This document shows, piece after piece, positions 46,922-53,974 of a DNA stretch of 64,000 bases; position 1 is the stretch's first letter, and every line of letters begins with the position of its first letter. This DNA is from Candidatus Buchananbacteria bacterium (GTDB taxonomy: Bacteria; Patescibacteriota; Patescibacteriia; Buchananbacterales; UBA6539): contig JABWCG010000001.1 in the NCBI GenBank assembly GCA_013359225.1, positions 134,410 to 198,409 on the forward strand, read 5' to 3'. A program made the position numbers and the translations under genes. Under the pieces are notes generated by a model. It had not been told where the DNA came from, ran no database searches, and worked only from the letters and a program-made list of their open reading frames with translations.

Positions 46922-47236
46922 ATGGATTTTAAAGAAATTAAAGATGGTGTTATTAATAATGCCAATCGCTATGGCGAAGTTCATGGGGTCAAGATTGATC
47001 AAGACTTTGCGATTTTAAAGTTGTATGAAGAAGTCGGCGAAGTGGCACAGGCGATTTTGATTCATCAGAAAAAGAGCCGGCCGGAAAAGTTCGTCTCCGA
47101 AGCTGAATCGCAAGAAATGGTGGCTAAGGAGTTAGCTGATGTGGTTGGAATGTGTATGGTGAATGCTCATCTTTTAGGAATTGATTTAGAAAAAGCAATT
47201 TTAAAGAAATGGCTTAAAAAAGATTTGCCGTCGTAA
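46922..47236 (+). CDS. MazG nucleotide pyrophosphohydrolase domain protein
   Basis: LYEEVGEVAQAI and KELADVVGM are conserved MazG EExxE/D helices. Confidence 0.6.
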   Translation: MDFKEIKDGVINNANRYGEVHGVKIDQDFAILKLYEEVGEVAQAILIHQKKSRPEKFVSEAESQEMVAKELADVVGMCMVNAHLLGIDLEKAILKKWLKKDLPS

Positions 47237-47244
47237 AATATAGT

Positions 47245-48108
47245 ATGCCGGAATTACCTGAAGTTGAAACGCTAAAACGCGATTTAAAAGTCCTTAAGGG
47301 CAGGATTATCACATTAGCACAGGTAAATTTGCCTAAGATGGTAACACCTCTTAGCATTAAAGAGTTTACCCAAAAAATTAAGGGCAAAAAGATTATTGAC
47401 ATCTCGCGCCGGGCGAAGGTGTTGTTTTTTAAATTGTCAGACGGCAGATATTTGGCAATTCATCTGAAAATGACTGGGCAATTAATTTTTCAGCCGCGCC
47501 GGGGTAACATGATTGTCGGCGGCCATCCACAGAAAGGTGGTGCTACTAACTTGCCGAATAAATACACGCACGTGGTGCTTCATTTTAAGGACGGCACAAC
47601 GCTTTTTTTTAACGACTTGCGCAAGTTTGGTTGGATGAGGCTAATTACCCAGGCTGAATTTACGGCCATTGAGGCCGGCTTTGGGGTTGAACCGTTAACA
47701 AAAGATTTCACGTTTGAAAAATTTAAAAAAGCGATTGGTCGGTATCCCAACCGTAAAATTAAACAAGCTTTAATGGATCATACCTTGATTTCAGGGATTG
47801 GCAACATTTATGCCGATGAAAGCTGCTATGACGCTAAAATTCTTCCCAGTCGGGTGGTGAAAAGTTTGCGGCCAAAAGAGATTCGTGATTTACATGAAGC
47901 TATTAAAAAAATATTAAAATTTGCGGTTGCCAAAAAAGGTACCTCATTTAGAAATTATTTGAGATTTGATGCTCGGCCCGGCGGGATGGTGAAGTATTTG
48001 AAAGTGTATGGTCGAGCCCGTCAAAAATGTCAACGGTGTGGAGGGTTGATTAAAAAAATAAAACAAAATGGGCGAGGCACCCATTTTTGTCCAGCTTGTC
48101 AAAAATAA
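47245..48108 (+). CDS. mutM: Formamidopyrimidine-DNA glycosylase
   Basis: It has the MPELPEVET N-terminus with the catalytic Pro2, H2TH motifs, and the C-terminal zinc finger CQRCGG...CPACQ. Confidence 0.9.
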   Translation: MPELPEVETLKRDLKVLKGRIITLAQVNLPKMVTPLSIKEFTQKIKGKKIIDISRRAKVLFFKLSDGRYLAIHLKMTGQLIFQPRRGNMIVGGHPQKGGATNLPNKYTHVVLHFKDGTTLFFNDLRKFGWMRLITQAEFTAIEAGFGVEPLTKDFTFEKFKKAIGRYPNRKIKQALMDHTLISGIGNIYADESCYDAKILPSRVVKSLRPKEIRDLHEAIKKILKFAVAKKGTSFRNYLRFDARPGGMVKYLKVYGRARQKCQRCGGLIKKIKQNGRGTHFCPACQK

Positions 48109-48110
48109 TA

Positions 48111-48542
48111 TTAGGTTAGTGAGTTAAGAATGTAAGTTAAGACAACGCCCCAGATGAACCCTCCGGTAACTTCAAAGACGCTGTGTCCCATTCGTTCCCG
48201 AAATAGTGGAAGCTGTTTTTGATCCGCGACCGGCATTTTTTTAATAAGTTGATTAAAAACTGCTGCCTGCTTACCTAGAATATTACGGAAACCAACAGCG
48301 TCGCGCATAATCAACAGCGCAAAAACTAAACTAACCGCAAAGATGGCAGAATCAAAGCCAAGTCGCAGCCCAACGAGCGTTGAAATGGAAATGGCAAAAG
48401 CGGTGTGGGCCGATGGCATGCCGCCGTAGCTGATAAAAATATTCTTTAGGTCAAAATTTCCCTTGATGCCGTCAGTCAGGAGTTTTAAAACCTGGCTGGA
48501 AATTAATGTGATAATTGGTATAATAATATATGACAGATCCAT
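48111..48542 (-). CDS. Divergent PAP2-family membrane protein (acid phosphatase-like)
   Basis: It is 143 aa with 4 TM helices and the YGGMPSAHTA motif. Confidence 0.6.
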   Translation of the reverse strand: MDLSYIIIPIITLISSQVLKLLTDGIKGNFDLKNIFISYGGMPSAHTAFAISISTLVGLRLGFDSAIFAVSLVFALLIMRDAVGFRNILGKQAAVFNQLIKKMPVADQKQLPLFRERMGHSVFEVTGGFIWGVVLTYILNSLT

Positions 48543-49377
48543 GGTATTTATGTTTATGGATTATTTTTATTCAATTTTAGCGGGAATTATCCAGGGTTTA
48601 ACCGAATTTTTGCCGGTTTCTAGTTCGGGACACCTGGTGCTGTTTCACGATTTCTTAGGCTTTGACCTGCCGGACAATGTTGCTTTTGATGTTGTTTTGC
48701 ATTTAGGTACGCTGGTGGCGTTAGTGCTGTTTTTCTTTAAAGATATTCTTAAATATCTCAAAGCTTTTATCCAAAGCCTGTACCAGTGGAATTTGAAGAA
48801 CAATAAAGATCAGTTGCTAGCCTGGTATTTACTTTTAGGAACGATTCCGGCGGCCGTGATGGGGTACTTTTTTGAAAGCGAAATTGAAACGGGGTTGCGC
48901 AATTCATTGTTTGTTGCCGTGAGCCTGATCGTCGTTGGCCTATTGCTGTGGTTTGCCGACTCGTTTTTTGCCAAGACCAAACAAATTCAAGAAATGACGT
49001 TAACCAACTCACTCATTATTGGTTTTGCCCAAACTCTGGCATTAATTCCGGGAGTTTCTCGTTCTGGCATTACTATTATAGCAGGTTTGAGCCAAAGGTT
49101 AAAACGAACCGACGCCGCCAGGTTTTCTTTTTTGCTTTCAATCCCGATTGTTTTTGCGGCCGGCATAAAAAAGACTATTGATTTGGCTAATGATGCGGCG
49201 TTTGCGTCGAGTGATTATTTGATTTTGTTAGCCGGATTTTTATCTTCGGCGATTATCGGGTATTTGTGTATTAAATATTTTTTGCAGTTTTTGCAGGAGC
49301 ATACTTTAAAAGTTTTTGTTTTTTACCGCATTGCCTTGGGAACGATAATTCTTTTAATCATTCTATTTTCAAAATAA
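48541..49377 (+). CDS. uppP: Undecaprenyl-diphosphatase
   Basis: IIQGLTEFLPVSSSGHL and PGVSRSG are UppP/BacA signatures. The start is ATG 48541 or 48556. It is divergent from the PAP2 gene with overlapping start codons. Confidence 0.85.
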   Translation: MVFMFMDYFYSILAGIIQGLTEFLPVSSSGHLVLFHDFLGFDLPDNVAFDVVLHLGTLVALVLFFFKDILKYLKAFIQSLYQWNLKNNKDQLLAWYLLLGTIPAAVMGYFFESEIETGLRNSLFVAVSLIVVGLLLWFADSFFAKTKQIQEMTLTNSLIIGFAQTLALIPGVSRSGITIIAGLSQRLKRTDAARFSFLLSIPIVFAAGIKKTIDLANDAAFASSDYLILLAGFLSSAIIGYLCIKYFLQFLQEHTLKVFVFYRIALGTIILLIILFSK

Positions 49378-49380
49378 ACA

Positions 49381-50088
49381 ATGATTGCTATTATTTTAGC
49401 CGGTGGTGAGGGGACGCGTCTTCGACCATTGACGTATGAAATGCCAAAAGCCTTAATTCCGGTTCAGGGCCGCAGTTTGACGGAGCATGTCTTTGATATC
49501 TATAAAAGGGCGGGAGTAAAAAAGATTTATTTGTCGATAGCATACATGGCTGATAAAATGAAAGAATATTTTGGCGACGGATCAAAATTTGGGTTTGATA
49601 TCGAGTACTTGGAAGAACCAGAGGCAATGGGCACCGCCGGACCGCTATTATTATTAAAAAAACAAGGTTTGATCCCGAACGAAAATTTTTTTATGTGTAA
49701 CGGTGATAATTTATTTGCGTTGGACTTGGAAAAAATGTTGCGGCACCATCAGGGTAATAATGCCGCCGCAACTATCGCGTTGACCAAGGTTGATGATCCG
49801 ACTCATTTTGGCATTGCGCGACTTGAAGGAGATAAAATTTTAGAATTTGTTGAAAAACCCAGCGTTGAACAGGCGCCTTCATCATATGCCAGTTCAGGTT
49901 ATTACATTTTATCTCCAGAAGTTTTTGATTATTTACCGGATCAGGATTTTGTTATGGTTGAACATGACCTTTGGCCGGCGCTTGCTAATGCCGGGCGGTT
50001 GTTTGGTTTTCGGTCCGATGCCCAGTGGTTTGATACCGGTACGCCGGAACGCTATAAACAAGTTGAAGAAACTTGGCGCGGAGTGTAG
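49381..50088 (+). CDS. Sugar-phosphate nucleotidyltransferase (mannose-1-P guanylyltransferase/RmlA-like)
   Basis: IILAGGEGTRLRPLTYEMPKALIPV, with GTAGP. Confidence 0.75.
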   Translation: MIAIILAGGEGTRLRPLTYEMPKALIPVQGRSLTEHVFDIYKRAGVKKIYLSIAYMADKMKEYFGDGSKFGFDIEYLEEPEAMGTAGPLLLLKKQGLIPNENFFMCNGDNLFALDLEKMLRHHQGNNAAATIALTKVDDPTHFGIARLEGDKILEFVEKPSVEQAPSSYASSGYYILSPEVFDYLPDQDFVMVEHDLWPALANAGRLFGFRSDAQWFDTGTPERYKQVEETWRGV

Positions 50089-50094
50089 GTTATT

Positions 50095-51138
50095 ATGATT
50101 AATTTTTTTTCCCACAATCATAAAAAACAAAAAAAGGTCATTCCAATTATTTTGGGGTTGGTGATTATTTTTATTTTTGGCTGGGCGTATTATTCGTACG
50201 ATATTAAAACGCCGATTGCGGGCAGCCAGGAAACCAAAGAGTTTGTGGTTGAGCCGGGTTGGGGGAGTACAAAAATCAGCCATGAATTGAAACGTGCCGG
50301 GTTGATCCGCAATGCATATGTTTTTCAGTTATACGTTTGGACTCATGATATTGATACCCGGTTGCAGGATGGCGAATATTTCTTGTCTCCGGCTCAGAAT
50401 CTCAAAGAAATTGCTCAGATTTTAAGCCGCGGTGCCGGATTAACCAAAGAGGTAACGTTGACTTTCATTGAAGGCTGGAATAATCAGGATATTGCCGAAT
50501 ATCTGGAAGAGCTTGGGATTGCATCGCAGGACGATTTTTTTGAGATAATCCAAACCAAAGCTGATTGGTGGGATGAGTATGAATTGCTGGCCAGCCGCCC
50601 TAAAAACCACGACCTTGAGGGGTATTTGTTTCCCGACACCTACCGGGTTTTTCATGATGCTACGATTACCGATATTGTCAGGAAGACGCTGGATAATTTA
50701 GATAAAAAAATTACCCCCGAGCTTCGCCAGGAAATTAGCCGCCAGGGAAAAACTATTCATGAAATTTTAACACTGGCGTCAATCTTGGAGAAGGAAGTTT
50801 CGTCAGACAAAGATCGCAAGATTGTCGCCGATATTTTTTATAAACGCCTGGCCATTGGCATGCCGCTACAAGCCGACTCAACGGTTAATTATGCTACTGG
50901 CAAAAGTGTAGCCAGATCATCGGCAGACGATTTGCAGGCTGATAGTCCGTATAATACCTATAAACATAAGGGTTTGCCGCCTGGGCCGATTGCCAATCCA
51001 AGTTTATCATCAATTATGGCGGCAATTTATCCGGAGAAAAATGCTTATTATTATTTTCTAACAACGCCTGATGGTCATGTGGTCTATAATGAAACCCACG
51101 ACGGCCATGTGGCGGATAAGGCTAAGTATTATCGTTAA
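50095..51138 (+). CDS. mltG: Endolytic murein transglycosylase MltG (YceG-like)
   Basis: It has an N-terminal TM and a YceG domain with LQADSTVNYA and YNTYKHKGLPPGPIANP. Confidence 0.85.
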   Translation: MINFFSHNHKKQKKVIPIILGLVIIFIFGWAYYSYDIKTPIAGSQETKEFVVEPGWGSTKISHELKRAGLIRNAYVFQLYVWTHDIDTRLQDGEYFLSPAQNLKEIAQILSRGAGLTKEVTLTFIEGWNNQDIAEYLEELGIASQDDFFEIIQTKADWWDEYELLASRPKNHDLEGYLFPDTYRVFHDATITDIVRKTLDNLDKKITPELRQEISRQGKTIHEILTLASILEKEVSSDKDRKIVADIFYKRLAIGMPLQADSTVNYATGKSVARSSADDLQADSPYNTYKHKGLPPGPIANPSLSSIMAAIYPEKNAYYYFLTTPDGHVVYNETHDGHVADKAKYYR

Positions 51139-51143
51139 ATTTT

Positions 51144-51827
51144 ATGGCTAAGACAATCGTTATGTCGTTGGGTGGTAGTTTAATTGCGCCGACGACTATT
51201 GACATAAATTTTTTGAAGCGCTTTCGATCAGTTATTTTAGAGTATGTCCGAAAGGGGAATCGAGTAGTGATCATTTGTGGTGGAGGCAATACCTGTCGCG
51301 ATTACCAGAAAGCGGCACGGTTTGTTAATGAACGAATAACTAACCGTGATTTAGACTGGATTGGTATTGCCAGCACCAAACTGAATGCAGAATTAATCAG
51401 CGGTATTTTTGGCGATAAGGCATATGAAAGTATTCTGCAGGATCCGGCCCGTCGGGTGCCGACAAATAAGTTGATTATTGTTGGCGCCGGCTTTGAACCG
51501 GGATCGTCATCCGATAAGGACGCAGTGCTGGCCGCCAAAGCGTTTGGAGCTAAGACCGTGATTAACTTATCAAATATTACCTACGTTTATGATAAGGACC
51601 CCAGAAAATACAAAGACGCCCAACCCCAAAAACAGATGAGTTGGAAAAGTTTCCGAAAATTGGTTGGTAACAAGTGGGTGCCGGGTGCTCATGTACCGTT
51701 TGATCCAGTGGCAAGTTCTTTGGCTCAGAGCTGGAAGATGGATTTAGTGGTACTAAAGGGCAGTGATTTGATTAATTTAAAAAAATATCTCGCCGGTGCT
51801 AAATTTCGCGGCACGGTTGTTTCCTAA
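51144..51827 (+). CDS. pyrH: Uridylate (UMP) kinase, amino-acid-kinase fold
   Basis: VMSLGGSLI and VVIICGGGN. It is short (227 aa) and archaeal-like. Confidence 0.8.
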   Translation: MAKTIVMSLGGSLIAPTTIDINFLKRFRSVILEYVRKGNRVVIICGGGNTCRDYQKAARFVNERITNRDLDWIGIASTKLNAELISGIFGDKAYESILQDPARRVPTNKLIIVGAGFEPGSSSDKDAVLAAKAFGAKTVINLSNITYVYDKDPRKYKDAQPQKQMSWKSFRKLVGNKWVPGAHVPFDPVASSLAQSWKMDLVVLKGSDLINLKKYLAGAKFRGTVVS

Positions 51828-51831
51828 AAAT

Positions 51832-51860
51832 CTTGACAAATTAAGTCTGAATCGCTATAC
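51832..51860 (+). promoter_or_regulatory. Near-consensus sigma-70 promoter driving island 3
   Basis: A perfect TTGACA, then 17 nt, then TATACT. It overlaps the pyrH stop. Confidence 0.6.
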
Positions 51861-51949
51861 TACCTGGATACGTTCGTACCTTAATTTGTCTAGTCTGGCG
51901 TTATCGAAACGCTACTTTGTTGCAACCCCACTCACGGAGGAAAAAGAGC

Positions 51950-52459
51950 ATGGAGAAGGTTGGAAGGATGGCACCAGCGACTGTCTCGGACAGTTTTGGT
52001 GCTGATTTTTACGGCAAACTGTTCTGGTGTGCCGTAGGATTTTTCGTGGTGGCGTTTGCACCCACATATCTGCTGGTGAACAACATGCATTTGTTAAAGG
52101 GACATGAGTTCGCTTTGCAGATATTTCTGGCGGTGTTCTTCGACTTTGCCGCAACGTTGATGACGTTTATGGCGATTGTCATCATCAAGGCTTTCGCTGA
52201 GGTGTTTTTCACCGGCAACCGGCGGATCTTGTATTTCGAAGTGTTTTTCGGCACTATCGTTGCCAACGTTTTGGTCGATATTCCGACCTATCTGTTGCTT
52301 GGTAAATATCACTTTATTCCGCAAGACGACGTTTTGGGAAAAGTGGTGTTGGCCGTGTCGTTGGGAGGATCGGCAGTTTTTCTGGGTTTTATTTGCTGCA
52401 TGGTGACCCTTGCGGTCATTAAGATAGTTTCTGAAAGGAAACAAACACAAACAAACTGA
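51950..52459 (+). CDS. Hypothetical 4-5 TM membrane protein (169 aa), atypical island
   Basis: It starts at ATG 51950, 9 nt after the GGAGG SD. The longer ORF-track start at 51917 has no RBS. No family was recognised. Confidence 0.5.
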   Translation: MEKVGRMAPATVSDSFGADFYGKLFWCAVGFFVVAFAPTYLLVNNMHLLKGHEFALQIFLAVFFDFAATLMTFMAIVIIKAFAEVFFTGNRRILYFEVFFGTIVANVLVDIPTYLLLGKYHFIPQDDVLGKVVLAVSLGGSAVFLGFICCMVTLAVIKIVSERKQTQTN

Positions 52460-52475
52460 AAACCACAAGGAGCAA

Positions 52476-52703
52476 ATGAACGAGATGACGGAATCAGGAT
52501 GCAAGTATAGCGTTGGTAACCGGCTGGTGGTCCTCAACGGAGAACACGCCGGCGTGAGCGTGGAGGTAGTTGGTTTGCCCAAAGCTACCGACAATACCTA
52601 TCGCTGTCGGATCAAGAGCGGTGTTGATGAAGGAAACTATGTTTCCGTTGGCGAAGAGCTTCTTGAGCTGCCAGAAGACGCGCAAACGCAGAAAGCCAGC
52701 TAG
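52476..52703 (+). CDS. Hypothetical small protein (75 aa) with a KOW/SH3-like Gly-rich motif
   Basis: AAGGAG lies immediately upstream. GNRLVVLNGEHAGVSVEVVG resembles a KOW-type beta-barrel motif. Confidence 0.4.
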   Translation: MNEMTESGCKYSVGNRLVVLNGEHAGVSVEVVGLPKATDNTYRCRIKSGVDEGNYVSVGEELLELPEDAQTQKAS

Positions 52704-52759
52704 AACTAGAATTAGCCTGATTTTCAGGCAATGTCAGGGGAGTTTTCTTGCTTAGGAAA

Positions 52760-52965
52760 CCCTCTTTTTTATATCCTTGACTTTTTTTTACGGAATTGTT
52801 AATCTAATTAAGTAAATTTAATAAGACCACAGACCGTTGGGGCAAAAATTGCTTAAATTAGCTAAAACTAGCCCGACGCAGGTAATACTTTTTAGCCTCT
52901 GGCTAAAAATAATGCTATAATTCTGTGGTTTTTACCACATTTTTTTATTTAATCCTAATAGTAAT
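52760..52965 (+). promoter_or_regulatory. rplJ promoter plus a long leader, a possible L10(L12) autoregulatory leader
   Basis: An extended -10 TGCTATAAT sits at about 52911-52919, and an upstream TTGACT at about 52779. The complementary segments GACCACAGACCG and CTGTGGTTTT are present. Confidence 0.3.
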
Positions 52966-53490
52966 ATGGCTAAAACAAGACAAAAGAAAGAAAAAATGGT
53001 TAAAGATTTGGCCGATAAAGTAGGCAAAGCCAAGTCGCTAGTTTTTGTGAGCTTTGATGGCCTGAAGGTTAAAGAAGTTGAAGAATTGCGTCGCACTTTC
53101 AGAGCGGAAAATGTTGATTATTTGGTTGCTAAAAAGACCTTAATGAATGTTGCCTTTAAGGAGGCAGGTGTTGAGGGCTTTGATTCTAAGGCCTTTACCA
53201 AGGAAGTTGCAACTGTTATTGGTTATGACGATGAAGTTGCTCCAGCTCGGATGGTGGAAAAGTTTTCCAAAGATCATGAAGCTTTGAAATCAATTGGTGG
53301 TGTGCTGGAAGGTAAATTCGTCAGTCGGGAAAAAGTAGTAGAGTTGTCAAAGTTGCCTTCACGTGATGAATTATTGGCGAAGGTTGTTGGCTCAATTAAC
53401 GCCCCAGTGTCTGGTTTCGTTAATGTTTTGGCTGGCAATTTGCGTAATTTTGTTTACGTTTTGAATGCGATTAAAAGTTCTAAAAATTAA
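52966..53490 (+). CDS. rplJ: 50S ribosomal protein L10
   Basis: VKDLADKVGKAKSLVFVSFDGLKVKEVEELRR matches L10. Confidence 0.9.
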   Translation: MAKTRQKKEKMVKDLADKVGKAKSLVFVSFDGLKVKEVEELRRTFRAENVDYLVAKKTLMNVAFKEAGVEGFDSKAFTKEVATVIGYDDEVAPARMVEKFSKDHEALKSIGGVLEGKFVSREKVVELSKLPSRDELLAKVVGSINAPVSGFVNVLAGNLRNFVYVLNAIKSSKN

Positions 53491-53518
53491 GATAATTAAA
53501 ATTTAAGGAAATAATATT

Positions 53519-53920
53519 ATGACGGAAGAAAAAAAAGAAGTCACAGTTCCAGAGAAATTCAAATCTTTGGTGTCTGAGATCGAAAAGATGTCAGTTCTAG
53601 ATTTGGCCGAATTGGTCAAGGTTCTAGAAGAAAAATTTGGTGTTTCAGCCGCCGCTCCGGTTGCTGCCATGGCAGTTGCTGGTGGTGCCGCTGAAGCTGC
53701 CGAAGAAAAGACTGAATTCACTGTTGAGCTCACTGCTGCAGGTGACAACAAGATCGGTGTCATTAAGGCAGTTCGCAGCGTAACTGATCTTGGTTTGAAA
53801 GAAGCTAAAGATTTAGTTGACGGCGCTCCAAAGGTTATCAAAGAAGGCGTTAAGAAAGAAGACGCTGAAGCAATGAAAAAGACTTTGCAGGAAGCCGGCG
53901 CTACCGTTACTCTGAAGTAA
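53519..53920 (+). CDS. rplL: 50S ribosomal protein L7/L12
   Basis: It has the Ala-rich hinge and the C-terminal domain [34 protein letters not shown]. Confidence 0.95.
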   Translation: MTEEKKEVTVPEKFKSLVSEIEKMSVLDLAELVKVLEEKFGVSAAAPVAAMAVAGGAAEAAEEKTEFTVELTAAGDNKIGVIKAVRSVTDLGLKEAKDLVDGAPKVIKEGVKKEDAEAMKKTLQEAGATVTLK

Positions 53921-53937
53921 TTTTACACACATAAAAA

Positions 53938-53972
53938 ACACCGAAGGCTTTAAAAACCGTCGGTGTTTTTTT
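53938..53972. terminator. Bidirectional rho-independent terminator after rplL
   Basis: AAAAAACACCGAAGG-ctttaaaaa-CCGTCGGTGTTTTTTT. Confidence 0.7.
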
Positions 53973-53974
53973 AT

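Noticed and set aside
52094-52594. 166-aa minus-strand ORF antisense to the island-3 genes; also other long antisense ORFs (36973..37377, 42488..42838, 44853..45113, 53503..53841)
   Set aside because: These lie antisense to well-supported genes with recognisable homology or promoter/RBS signals. Their composition is low-complexity, which is typical of shadow ORFs.
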